A stretch of DNA of 59,673 nucleotides from Candidatus Nanosyncoccus sp. (GCA_045545815.1 JAZQBP010000008.1:1-59673), one strand, 5' to 3'. Counted from the stretch's first letter, positions 9,501-17,967 are shown. Numbers and translations are program-made. The notes: generated by a model not told the origin, from the letters alone.

Positions 9501-10737
9501 TACTACACTAATCCCGTCCAATTATGCTAAAGCTGGCTATGGTTTTGCGGGTTGGTTGGCCGCTCCTGAATCGGGCGCAACTCCAGAAACTATCTATGGG
9601 CCAAACGCTACAATTACAACGCCTGACTTGTCTTCTAGTGGTATGAAGCTTTATGCAAAATGGATAAAGAGTACTGGCAACATGCAAACGTGGGGTGGTT
9701 GTAGTAGTATGGGCACCAATAGCGTCATTGCTCTTACTGATACTCGTGATAACGAGACTTATGCCATAGCTAAATTGGCTGATGGTCAATGTTGGATGAT
9801 TGAAAATATGAGGTTAGTGCCATCAACCGCCAATATCACAAGCACTAACACCAATAATCCAATAACTGGTTTTGCCGAAGCGGCCGCCGCTTCATCTACT
9901 TCTGATGATCTGTGTGGAGTAAAGGGTGATCCTGACTGTAATAATCAGCTGCAATATAATACTAATAATTTAAACCGTTCTATAACCCAATCTTATAACA
10001 CTGCTGGTAGAAGAGTTGCTTGGTATTCATATGGTGTTTATTACAATTGGTACACGGCTACGGCTGGTAATGGGACTACTAATACAGGATTTAATGTCAC
10101 CGTTAATGGAGACCTTTGCCCTGCTGGTTGGCATTTGCCTACTGGAAACAATGGTGATTATGTAGCCTTAAATACAGCCGTAAGTATTGATAGTGGCGAT
10201 ACTGGTCTTAGAAATTATCCAAATAACTTTGTTTGGTCTGGTGACTACAATAAAACTAGTCGCACAAATGGTGGCACTAATGGTCGTTACTGGACTGCCA
10301 CGAGTTACGGAGTGGATAGCGCTTATCGCCTCGGTTTCCAGCCTGGCAAAATGTCGGTCAATGGGAACTATGAGAAATGGGATGCTTTTGCAGTAAGGTG
10401 TGTTCACGGTAGTGTAGGAGAAAGCTCTCCAGAAGCCATCGAGGATGAGCCGGTTGCCTCACCATTACAAACGACGCCTACTCCAGTAGACAACTACAAC
10501 ATTCCGGAAGAAGTAGAAAGTGTTAATGAAAATAACCAAGCCTCCGATTCTTATGCTACACCGCAAGGCGTGTCCGAACAAACAATGCGATCCACTGAAG
10601 AAACAATTGACGATATGCCGGTTGGTGTAATTAGTACCGCCGTCGTAGCTGCTGTAAGTACTATTGGTGTCATTGCCGTTGCTCTTTATCGTAATGACGA
10701 TAATGAGAAAGAGGGTATTGCTGAAACAAAGTCCTAA
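6598..10737 (+). CDS. Large surface protein with InlB B-repeats, two FISUMP domains and a C-terminal membrane anchor
   Basis: Repeated RxGYxFxGWNT, two AKLADGxxWMIENLR...YNWYTATAG...CPAGWHLPT...RC blocks, hydrophobic tail; exact start uncertain. Confidence 0.85.
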   Translation: MNKKHKCNNIYSIDINNVEVIKIKLLSSKNGFSLVWTILFATFVYYCPSVFAEDYSISMTTSGAVNIIGNAGEIAIESSDIHVATTCRSGYNLVLATSTSDNNLYLDGIKTNDAESAHISPSDGTTALINAPNTWGYLLSSIAPTPNNVFLPVSPDPLNPSIIKTDDETASDQDIDDNFVIYYAAHIGTNLASGVYKMIPEDSSISPAVNGGLSYYLTASPDCNDNLDITFNKNLDGEGGETGETVNNFPDNSDNNKDLENQTLTLSTKRPTRDGYIFKEWNTETDGTGKNYQPGDVIPMNAEGLTGSVTLYAIWVANCPSGYICYDGNHADAGVMPNQEAQGGSTIRLTSTNYSRSGYGFAGWNTAPDGTGTQYGPQQNFSMPSTGGVNLFATWIKASGTFQAWSGASNMNVGEVKALRDVRDDEVYAVAKLADGNIWMIENLRIVPNTASFSLINTNNPTQAFLQAVPGSSSSDSQCSSDNSTCTDQVFYYANNMDRSLNQSPTGNTTANAWYSYGVMYNWYTATAGNGTYDFGSTSGPDEDGTVVGDICPAGWHLPTGGSPGEYNSLSTNLGGVGATGANALRAYPNNFIFSADFNPEKGYPDARGNQGRLWSSTATSDNAKSFRMGYNTSTITPAGSWNKWDNFAVRCIYRGGNIPYVDVEVDFGGHGITDVTFYNETYGTVTVTPSHPVAQIIANTPYTITATTNVGYELKNWGTTINGTLSDASANPTNYTVTDEATLTAIGRTIPTFDTTVTLPANVLSVSFTHPDFPTQTIDTSGGVVSLRRGVPYTITASFADGYTLDNWIAGPDSTLGSVSSNPTTFTITDDTTLTLTSKEAVLSTYTLHYDAGDGTGAPDDDVETSYNDHYEFTINDTIPSLFDYSFLGWSEISGASTATYVYDAVNGTFTPSTITVTNSDPETTAVSKTLYAVYQEDVCPSDHICYYGNGANSGSMNNQAASSNTATTLIPSNYAKAGYGFAGWLAAPESGATPETIYGPNATITTPDLSSSGMKLYAKWIKSTGNMQTWGGCSSMGTNSVIALTDTRDNETYAIAKLADGQCWMIENMRLVPSTANITSTNTNNPITGFAEAAAASSTSDDLCGVKGDPDCNNQLQYNTNNLNRSITQSYNTAGRRVAWYSYGVYYNWYTATAGNGTTNTGFNVTVNGDLCPAGWHLPTGNNGDYVALNTAVSIDSGDTGLRNYPNNFVWSGDYNKTSRTNGGTNGRYWTATSYGVDSAYRLGFQPGKMSVNGNYEKWDAFAVRCVHGSVGESSPEAIEDEPVASPLQTTPTPVDNYNIPEEVESVNENNQASDSYATPQGVSEQTMRSTEETIDDMPVGVISTAVVAAVSTIGVIAVALYRNDDNEKEGIAETKS

Positions 10738-10876
10738 TTAATTTGAGATTTTCACTCGTCTCCTTCGGCGTTCGAACCAAGGTTCTCGTCCAACTTCCTA
10801 CACAAACTTATTATTTGAGAATAAAAGCCGGCAGATTGGTATTTTATTCTTGCGAAGTGCGTCTAATGGGCGAGCG

Positions 10877-10924
10877 AGCAAGAAAAAATGCCGAGATGCC
10901 GGCTTTTAGCTCAAATAATGGTGC
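10877..10924. repeat. 48-bp direct repeat, copy 2; also one arm of an imperfect inverted repeat with ~10810-10853
   Basis: Near-identical to 6458-6505; ttatttgag..taaaagccggca...ttcttgc upstream is its reverse complement with mismatches. Confidence 0.85.
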
Positions 10925-11004
10925 TGGAGGTTGGACTCGAACCAACGAAGCGCGAAGCGCGAGAGATTTACAGTCTCTTGTCATTGCCACTAGACGACTC
11001 CAGC
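10919..11004 (-). tRNA. tRNA-Tyr(GTA)
   Basis: 86-nt cloverleaf with long variable arm, AGAGA-CTGTAAA-TCTCT, CCA end. Confidence 0.93.
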
Positions 11005-11044
11005 AGTACCCTAATTATACCAAACTACAATCAAAAATCAAGTA

Positions 11045-11860
11045 TTATATACGCTTCCGTCCAGCATGCGGTTTCACGATCCTGGGCGAAGGGCGAGTCT
11101 TAGTAGCTCGATGAGTATTCGTCGTAGCTCTGGCTGGTCGCTTAGCAGGTCTTGAAGCGCTCCGACTCCTTGCAGAATTCTTTGCCGCAGCAGAATTCAT
11201 ATTCTTCAGCATTCGCTTCGTTGCACGCCGCTTCTTAGCGGCGTTATCCTTGATGATCTGCTCTTCAATACGAGCTGCAGTTGCTGTAGCAGCCTCATCG
11301 TCACCATTTGCCTCATAAATAGCAAGTATTTGTCTTAATGTCGACACCTTAGGATCAAGCTCAAAAGCGTTTTCAAGCGCCTCTACCGCCTTACGAGCTC
11401 TACCCATCTTCTCTTCAGCCTTAGCAAGAGCAATAAACCTAGCTGGTACATCACCTTCGAGCGCAATTGCCTGTCGAAAAGCCATCGCAGCCTTCTCATA
11501 TGCCCCAGTCTCCAAATAGATTAAACCCGCATTATGAATCGAAGCTGGATTATTATCAAGCGACTGCGCAATCTCAAAACACTCCACCGCCTCATCATAT
11601 TTCTGACCTTTAGCATACAAAATACCAAGCCTATTATATGCAGCAGCGTTTTTCTCGTCGAATTTCAAAATAGTCAGTAGTGCCTTCTCAGCTCGAAATG
11701 GCTTTCTCTCCTTCATAGAAGTCTGCGCCACTGCCCAAAGTTTCTTCATCTGTGCGGTATATTTAGGCGATTTCTCTTCAACCTCTTTTTGTTTTGGCTC
11801 CATCGGAAAAAAGAACCCAAGATATACAATCAGCGCAATAATCAAGATAACCGCTATCAT
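11045..11860 (-). CDS. Tetratricopeptide repeat protein, N-terminally anchored
   Basis: N-terminal hydrophobic helix, AYNRLGILY and IHNAGLIY TPR-like repeats, basic tail. Confidence 0.8.
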   Translation of the reverse strand: MIAVILIIALIVYLGFFFPMEPKQKEVEEKSPKYTAQMKKLWAVAQTSMKERKPFRAEKALLTILKFDEKNAAAYNRLGILYAKGQKYDEAVECFEIAQSLDNNPASIHNAGLIYLETGAYEKAAMAFRQAIALEGDVPARFIALAKAEEKMGRARKAVEALENAFELDPKVSTLRQILAIYEANGDDEAATATAARIEEQIIKDNAAKKRRATKRMLKNMNSAAAKNSARSRSASRPAKRPARATTNTHRATKTRPSPRIVKPHAGRKRI

Positions 11861-11869
11861 AACATTATT

Positions 11870-12532
11870 TTAACACAGGTTCGCCACAATCTGCAACTTT
11901 ACATGTCCGTTCCGAGAGATAGCCTCATACGTAGCCAAAAATTTAGGTAACTTAGACAAGAACACATCTTTACCAGTCAGAAAATACGTCTTATAAAGCA
12001 TCTCGATAGCCGCACCAATCACTTCAAGAGCATATGACCTTACGCCTTCTTTTTTGCGAGAGATCTCTTCGGCTAATTCTACCAATTCCCCCTCTCTAGC
12101 TACCATCAGCTTCTTAGCAAGTGCCTTAACCTTATCACTGGCCGATATTGGCCCATCCACCGCACGTATATCTCGCAAGAAATAAAGCGACGCACGGCTA
12201 AGAATCGTTGATAATATCTGAGATGGAGAATCCGTTATTAGTACAAAATGCACTTTTTCTCCAGGCTCCTCAAGACTTTTTAATAAAGCATTTGCCGCTT
12301 CGATCTGCAATGACTCAGCCGAACGGATCACTATAAAAACATCGCTTGTCTGGCGTACACCGAGCCTCGCAATCACACTTCGAACCTGCTCAATCGTGAT
12401 TACACTTTTGCTTTCAGGTTGCAAAACAAACGCACCGCCAATCTCTACATTAAGTCCAGCAGGCACCACAAACACAGACGTACCACAACGGCTTGCAATC
12501 TTCTTAACATCTGATAGATTATCGAAGAACAC
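11870..12532 (-). CDS. holB: DNA polymerase III delta-prime-like subunit (short form)
   Basis: ITIEQVR, AANALLKSLEEP, ILSTILSR; probable GTG start at 12532 overlapping the RluA stop. Confidence 0.7.
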   Translation of the reverse strand: MFFDNLSDVKKIASRCGTSVFVVPAGLNVEIGGAFVLQPESKSVITIEQVRSVIARLGVRQTSDVFIVIRSAESLQIEAANALLKSLEEPGEKVHFVLITDSPSQILSTILSRASLYFLRDIRAVDGPISASDKVKALAKKLMVAREGELVELAEEISRKKEGVRSYALEVIGAAIEMLYKTYFLTGKDVFLSKLPKFLATYEAISRNGHVKLQIVANLC

Positions 12533-13403
12533 TACGAAACTCCGCTGGTAATTTCGACTTGAAAGTCTTCCTCTCGCCACTCGGCAATGTAATCTCAAGC
12601 TGCCCTGCATGAAGATACAGCCTATCAGCCTTATCACCTTCATACACACGATCCCCTAAGATAGGATGGCCTAAATATTTCATATGGACACGAAGCTGAT
12701 GAGTACGCCCTGAAGTAGGCCGTAACTCCACAAGAGCATATTTATCCCCAGCATCTAGAACCTTATAGAAGGTCTCAGCCTCCTTTCCATTGGCATCGAC
12801 CCGAAAAGTAGTTGGCCTCTTCAAATCTCGAATCATCGGCAAATCAATTCGCGCTTCGTCCAACTTAGGTCGACCACAAACAACAGCGTAATATGTCTTA
12901 TGGACTGTGCGATCCTGAAATTGTCGTTTCAAGAACATCTGAGTTTCTAGGTCTTTTGCCAATATCATTACACCAGAAGTATCTCTATCTAGTCGATGAC
13001 AAATCAGGCCAAAGTCAGCCAAAGTTCTCTCCGGACAATATTCGCCCTTCCTCTCACTTAGTAAACCCGCAGGCTTATTCACTACTATTACTTTATTATC
13101 TTCATAAAGTATTTCTGGTTCCACATCAGCGTTTTTTAATTTATCAGGCACCTGGAGGTCGATCATTACGTCTCTTGTAATCTTAGTATTTGGCTTAGTT
13201 ACAATTTCGCCATCAACCTTCACGAATCCATCCTTGATGAATTTCTGCAAAGTAGACCGATTATAACTCTTAAAGATCTCGGTCATCATCACATCAAGAC
13301 GTATCTTCTCCGGACCGGTATCATTATTATCAACAAGAACAATGTCGCCATTAATCACGCGTGACATCTCGGGTTTACTAAATTTCTTGCCAGTCCGAAT
13401 CAT
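12519..13403 (-). CDS. RluA/RluD family pseudouridine synthase
   Basis: S4 domain, VNKPAGL, HRLDRDTSG, GRTHQLRVH. Confidence 0.93.
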   Translation of the reverse strand: MIRTGKKFSKPEMSRVINGDIVLVDNNDTGPEKIRLDVMMTEIFKSYNRSTLQKFIKDGFVKVDGEIVTKPNTKITRDVMIDLQVPDKLKNADVEPEILYEDNKVIVVNKPAGLLSERKGEYCPERTLADFGLICHRLDRDTSGVMILAKDLETQMFLKRQFQDRTVHKTYYAVVCGRPKLDEARIDLPMIRDLKRPTTFRVDANGKEAETFYKVLDAGDKYALVELRPTSGRTHQLRVHMKYLGHPILGDRVYEGDKADRLYLHAGQLEITLPSGERKTFKSKLPAEFRSVLR

Positions 13404-13404
13404 A

Positions 13405-14418
13405 TTACCTCAATTGGAATGCCTTTTGCAGCTCAAAGAGCTTCTTATTTGCCTTTTCATTGGCGTACTTTTCGCCAGTCTGCATCAGCTCATAAACTTC
13501 TTCGTCAGTAATCTTTGCCAACTTCTCATGGAAAGCAGTTAACATTTTTTCGACACTAGATGCGACCTGTTTTTTCAAATCACCATAGTTTGATTTGCCC
13601 TTCCATTCAGCCACAACTTCATCGAGAGGACGATCATTTACTAAAGCCTCGATCTGCAATAGATTAGATATTCCTGGACGTTCTTTCAAATCATAGTCAA
13701 TCTCGCCAAACGAATCCGTCGTAGCAGACATAATCTTCTTCGCAGCAGCCTTTGGGTCGTCCGTCATCATAATCTTCGAATTTACTGATTTCGCAGACTT
13801 ACTCATCTTCTTTTCCGGATTTACGAGGTCACGGATTCGGATTCCATCATCTGTCCCCATAAATTTAGCTTGTTCCACAGTCTTCTCCGGGATAGTAAAG
13901 ATCTCTTTATCAAACCTGTGATTTACTCTGATTGCAATATCACGTGTCAGCTCGATATGTTGGAATTGATCCTGGCCTACAGGAATATAATTCGCATCAA
14001 ACAACAAAATATCCGTAGCCATCAAGACCGGATAATCAAAGATGCCGACATTACACGAATCCTCGCCTTTCCCTTTTTCCTTGTATTGGATCATCCGACC
14101 AAGCTCACCCATAGTAGCAACGCAGTTTAGGATCCAGGTCATCTCTGAAGTGGCCGGCACGTAACTTTGACGATAGATGTGCACATTCGGCCGGACTTCT
14201 AACCCAGCTGCAAGATACATTTTAATCAGCATCAAAAGATTATCCTGCAAAGCACCATCCTGCTCAGCTATGATCGTGTGTAGATCAGCTACAAAAATAT
14301 TCACATGATTATCCTTAGAGTATTTATTTGCAAGACGCGTCATCGGCAGCAAAGCCCCCAAGAAATTACCCATAGTAAGTTCAGAATTAACTCGAATTCC
14401 AGTCAAGATTGTTTTCAT
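13405..14418 (-). CDS. trpS: Tryptophan--tRNA ligase
   Basis: TMGN (HIGH-equivalent), YPVLMATDILL, GQDQFQHIE, KMSKS. Confidence 0.95.
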   Translation of the reverse strand: MKTILTGIRVNSELTMGNFLGALLPMTRLANKYSKDNHVNIFVADLHTIIAEQDGALQDNLLMLIKMYLAAGLEVRPNVHIYRQSYVPATSEMTWILNCVATMGELGRMIQYKEKGKGEDSCNVGIFDYPVLMATDILLFDANYIPVGQDQFQHIELTRDIAIRVNHRFDKEIFTIPEKTVEQAKFMGTDDGIRIRDLVNPEKKMSKSAKSVNSKIMMTDDPKAAAKKIMSATTDSFGEIDYDLKERPGISNLLQIEALVNDRPLDEVVAEWKGKSNYGDLKKQVASSVEKMLTAFHEKLAKITDEEVYELMQTGEKYANEKANKKLFELQKAFQLR

Positions 14419-14540
14419 ATTTCCTCCAAAATCAAAATTAATAACTCAAGAATTAGGACTGTCGCCAATGTGGTAGAAAAGCTGAATCATATATTTTCAT
14501 ACTTTTATTTTACCATAGATTGTGTTAAAATAAAACAAAC

Positions 14541-14569
14541 GGGGTGCTAGCTCATTTGGTAGAGCGCTT
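14541..14569 (+). pseudogene. 5' fragment of the interrupted tRNA-Ala(GGC); attL
   Basis: GGGGTGCTAGCTCATTTGG+TAGAGCGCTT; joins through the 10-bp core to 48012-48068 to give a 76-nt tRNA with a paired acceptor stem. Confidence 0.9.
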
Positions 14570-14618
14570 ATACAGCACACCCCTGTAAGTAAATTACACA
14601 ATTTGACCAAGATTAATT

Positions 14619-14694
14619 GGGGTGTTAGCTCATCCGGTAGAGCGCAGCTATGGCATAGCTGAGGTGGCGAGTTCGAGTCTCGCACACTCCACCA
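14619..14694 (+). tRNA. Phage-borne tRNA-Ala(GGC)
   Basis: 76-nt cloverleaf, CAGCT-ATGGCAT-AGCTG, G3:U70 alanine identity pair, CCA end. Confidence 0.93.
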
Positions 14695-14706
14695 TTTAGC
14701 TTATTG

Positions 14707-14778
14707 AGATCTCGTTAGAAGAAATTCTAGCGAGATTTTTTGTTGTTAGAGCCGGTTTCATTCGAAGCCGGCTTTTTT
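14707..14778 (+). terminator. Two tandem intrinsic terminators after the phage tRNA
   Basis: atctcgttagaa/ttctagcgagat + T-run; agccggtttc/gaagccggct + T-run. Confidence 0.75.
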
Positions 14779-14786
14779 CTTTGATT

Positions 14787-14819
14787 GAGGTGACAAACTC
14801 CCAACATATTTGCCACCTC
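14787..14819 (+). promoter_or_regulatory. Early-leader hairpin, putative antisense RNA target
   Basis: GAGGTGACAAA/TTTGCCACCTC stem with CTCCCAACATA loop; complementary to 46189-46203 and 46248-46256. Confidence 0.65.
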
Positions 14820-14919
14820 TGAGAAGGCGAAAGTGTGGCGTGACGACGCTCAACGATTAATGAGGTCTCCGGCACTTAAAGCTTCACGAATATCAAATTA
14901 ATTGCAAAGGAGAAACGCA

Positions 14920-15009
14920 ATGGCAAAGAATATCAAAGTTAAGAAGATAGGTAGTAAGGCTAAAAAAATTCAGATCAGAATCCTGTCGCTACAGAACAGT
15001 CTGGCTTAG
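14920..15009 (+). CDS. 29-aa basic leader peptide (first early gene)
   Basis: AAGGAG RBS, MAKNIKVKKIGSKAKKIQIRILSLQNSLA*, stop overlaps next RBS. Confidence 0.55.
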   Translation: MAKNIKVKKIGSKAKKIQIRILSLQNSLA

Positions 15010-15016
15010 GAGGAGT

Positions 15017-15616
15017 ATGGCTAAGACTACTAAAGTAACGAAGATCGAGAAGCGATACAAGACGAAAGATGGTCAAGTAAAGACTCTCGAAATCAATTAT
15101 GCAAAGGTTGCAGACCGTTTGAATGAATTCCGTTCTGCTAATCCTCGCTCAAAGATTTCGGTTAAGTTCGCTTATAACGACAAAGGCGATCTCACCCATC
15201 ATGCGTACATTTGGAAAGACAAAACCGACTTCTATGACCTACTCAAATCTGGCGTAAGCGCAAAAGAGTCGCTTGAATCTGCGGACGCAGAAGGTTCTTC
15301 GTTGATGTATGCAGATAAAGTTAAGCAGGAAAAAGGTTTCGAGAAGAACGAAACGATTGCAATCGGTCGTGCTTTGGCAATACTCGGATATGCTGGTTCT
15401 GGCGAAATCGCATCAAGCGAAGAAATGGAAGAGTTCGAAGACTTCAAAAAGCAGAAAGTTGAAGATGCAAAAGCTGAGGCAATAAGCCAGCTCGCAAAGG
15501 CTAAGGATATGAAAGCTTTGTTGAAAGTTTGGCAAAGTCTCACTAAAGAGCAACAACTCGCAAAAGAAGTCCAAGCGAAAAAGAACGAGATGAAGGAGAT
15601 ATTTAATGCAAAATAA
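15017..15616 (+). CDS. Phage protein, probable single-strand annealing recombinase
   Basis: YAKVADRL...ETIAIGRALAILGY...ASSEEM pattern; sits upstream of YqaJ exonuclease and SSB. Confidence 0.55.
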   Translation: MAKTTKVTKIEKRYKTKDGQVKTLEINYAKVADRLNEFRSANPRSKISVKFAYNDKGDLTHHAYIWKDKTDFYDLLKSGVSAKESLESADAEGSSLMYADKVKQEKGFEKNETIAIGRALAILGYAGSGEIASSEEMEEFEDFKKQKVEDAKAEAISQLAKAKDMKALLKVWQSLTKEQQLAKEVQAKKNEMKEIFNAK

Positions 15617-15893
15617 AATTCCTAACGATTTCCTCGATTGCTGTATCGATAGTGAAACAGGCGAGGTTTACGATTCAGACTCAATTACCGAAGCTGTTCT
15701 TATAGAAACTGCTGAACTTGGTGATTTTGTTAACAGTGTCGTCTTCAGTGCGGTAAAAGCCGTAGTTGAGACTTATGTAGTTCCTGAAGCCGAAGAGTAT
15801 GCGAAAGACTATTTTGAGCCATCAGCTCGTGAAGAGGCAATGGCTGATATTCGTCGAGAAACGATGGAAAGGATAAAAAATGAAAGTTATTAA
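15606..15893 (+). CDS. Hypothetical acidic phage protein
   Basis: ORF with AGGAG RBS, overlaps both neighbours. Confidence 0.65.
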   Translation: MQNKIPNDFLDCCIDSETGEVYDSDSITEAVLIETAELGDFVNSVVFSAVKAVVETYVVPEAEEYAKDYFEPSAREEAMADIRRETMERIKNESY

Positions 15894-16671
15894 GCTACAG
15901 CAAAACTCGGATGAATGGCTAGAGTTTCGTAAAGGCAAGTCTGGTGGGTCAGAGTTCAAGAATCTTTGGATACCAGGTCTTCCATTAAAAGCAAAAATAA
16001 TTGAAAGACTCGAACAGGAAAATCCTTTATCGCCAGAGGATAAAAGATGTACCGTTCAAGAGCTTGCAGGGATGCTTGAGCCGAGTGAGCTTGCGGAACT
16101 CAAGTTAGAAGCTGAGCCAAAGAAACATTTTTATGAAATTGTTGCAGATCGTGTTGCTCGTCCTGTAACCCCAAATGACTACGAAGATAGATTAAATGGA
16201 GAACCGTTTACGATGATGGCTCGTGGTCACATTTTGGAACCTGAAGCCCTTAACGCTTTCGAAAACAGAACTGGGAAAAAACTCGATAAGGATTCTGTGG
16301 TATGGGTATCTGATTATGATCCGAACGCATATGTAAGCCCAGATGGCGCAATTACCGATAAGGATGGAAAAGTTCGAGAGGCTTGTGAGGTTAAATGCCT
16401 CTCCTCTGCCGAAGTTATTAAATGTTTTGACGAGAATCGTTATCCAAAAGACTACGAACCACAAGTTCTTAAGTATTTCATGGTCAATGAGGATCTGAAA
16501 ACACTCCATTTCATTATTTATACCGACCTTATTCCAGGACTAGAACTTCAGATATTCGATATTAACCGTAAAGATGTCGAAGAGAGATTGGCTGAGGCGA
16601 GAGCATTCGAGAAGGCGAGCCTCAAACGAATCGATGAACTTGCATCAAAAATTGAAGGATTAAGTTTCTGA
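15880..16671 (+). CDS. YqaJ-like (lambda Exo family) exonuclease
   Basis: QNSDEWLEFR, RGHILEPEA, SPDG, EVKC motifs. Confidence 0.85.
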   Translation: MKVIKLQQNSDEWLEFRKGKSGGSEFKNLWIPGLPLKAKIIERLEQENPLSPEDKRCTVQELAGMLEPSELAELKLEAEPKKHFYEIVADRVARPVTPNDYEDRLNGEPFTMMARGHILEPEALNAFENRTGKKLDKDSVVWVSDYDPNAYVSPDGAITDKDGKVREACEVKCLSSAEVIKCFDENRYPKDYEPQVLKYFMVNEDLKTLHFIIYTDLIPGLELQIFDINRKDVEERLAEARAFEKASLKRIDELASKIEGLSF

Positions 16672-16883
16672 TGAGTGACGGAAATCATAAAGGCAAAGGA
16701 CATGGAAAAGGAGGATTTGCTTCACAAAGAATAGGTAGCGATGGTCTAACCGGTCAACAACGAGCTAGGCTGGCAGGTCTAAAAGGTGCAATAGCTCATT
16801 CAATAAAAGTCTACGGACATTCAGAGGAGGAATACGAAGAACTATGGCAGAAAAAAGTGTCTTCAATAAAATCGGAACATTAA
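16671..16883 (+). CDS. Small KGG-repeat-like protein
   Basis: GKGGFAS...ARLAGLKG motif. Confidence 0.55.
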   Translation: MSDGNHKGKGHGKGGFASQRIGSDGLTGQQRARLAGLKGAIAHSIKVYGHSEEEYEELWQKKVSSIKSEH

Positions 16884-17122
16884 AAGTTAAGAACGGCACA
16901 TATAAGAAAGATGGCGTCGAGAAGAACAGTTATCACGAGGTAGGTGTTCTTCTCTCCTCGCCACATGGCTCAAGGCTTCTGATTAAGCTTCATGCAACTG
17001 CTACGACGGAACCGAAACTTATCTCGGTTTTCTACGACGAAGGAGTTGGTTTGAGTCTAAACAGAAGCGAGCCAGAAAGAGAGGGGGATGTCGTTCCGAG
17101 TCCGGATGAAATTCCTTTCTAG
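16844..17122 (+). CDS. Putative single-stranded DNA-binding protein
   Basis: Short beta-rich ORF ending in the SSB-type acidic tip DEIPF. Confidence 0.65.
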   Translation: MAEKSVFNKIGTLKVKNGTYKKDGVEKNSYHEVGVLLSSPHGSRLLIKLHATATTEPKLISVFYDEGVGLSLNRSEPEREGDVVPSPDEIPF

Positions 17123-17129
17123 TTAATCA

Positions 17130-17346
17130 TCGGCTCTTTAACATTGATGGACTGGTTACTTGCGCAATGCGCTATTGATAAGGTCACACAAAATTGCCTA
17201 GTAACTTGATTCGTGGCTGGAAGAGTTAGCATAAGTGTTCGTAATTCAATGTTCAATATTTTCTCTTCTTTATATGTAGCCAGCCCATCTATGTTCGAGA
17301 GTCGACTTTGGTTGTTATCTACTAATGAGCTGTCGTTGGTAGATAA
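17130..17346 (+). ncRNA. Putative structured RNA (long stem enclosing ~115 nt, then a 14-bp hairpin)
   Basis: 17130-17159 pairs with 17276-17305; 17315-17328 pairs with 17333-17346. Confidence 0.45.
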
Positions 17347-17382
17347 GAGCTAAAGCTCTAACAAGTAATAAAGGAGGTAATA

Positions 17383-17571
17383 ATGAACGACAAACTTGGG
17401 GGTGCTATGACAAATGAGCAATGGGAGCGTATTCGTGATGAGCTGGAAATCATCAAGAATACAGCAGATTACGGCATCGATTGCGTCGATAGCTTGTGTG
17501 AGCTTAAGGAGATCATGGCAGATATTAAACGAAGCTATGGAATTATCTTGCATATAACCAATGAAAAATAA
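17383..17571 (+). CDS. Hypothetical phage protein
   Basis: Strong AAGGAGGT RBS, 62 aa. Confidence 0.6.
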   Translation: MNDKLGGAMTNEQWERIRDELEIIKNTADYGIDCVDSLCELKEIMADIKRSYGIILHITNEK

Positions 17572-17688
17572 GTATGGCAACAGAATAAACTTCTGTCTCT
17601 CGGTCTGCCGGTAATTTAGCCATTGCATAACTCCACACTTATTCTTTGTTTTACCGGCAGCCCAAGGGTTCTTTCTATGGAGGTAAAT

Positions 17689-17967
17689 ATGAAAGTTAAT
17701 ACGAATGATATGAGGCATAAGATTCTGGACGCAGTGCGATTACATCCAGAAGCAGTCAATAGTGACAAATTATTAATCTCGCTTATATGGGAGAAGGAGG
17801 GTTGGACTTACAATAAAGGAATCCTCTGGAATCTGCATCATGTGTCGAGTCCTGAGACCATTCGCCGAACTCGCCAAAAACTAGTTGAAGAAGGGTTAAT
17901 TAAACCATGCGAGGAAACGACCGAGGCACGGTACGAAGATTTTAAGCAAGCAAGGATGGTGCTATGA
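17689..17967 (+). CDS. Hypothetical phage protein (possible winged helix)
   Basis: GGAGGT RBS; SPETIRRTRQKLVEEGLI helix motif; coupled to next gene. Confidence 0.6.
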   Translation: MKVNTNDMRHKILDAVRLHPEAVNSDKLLISLIWEKEGWTYNKGILWNLHHVSSPETIRRTRQKLVEEGLIKPCEETTEARYEDFKQARMVL

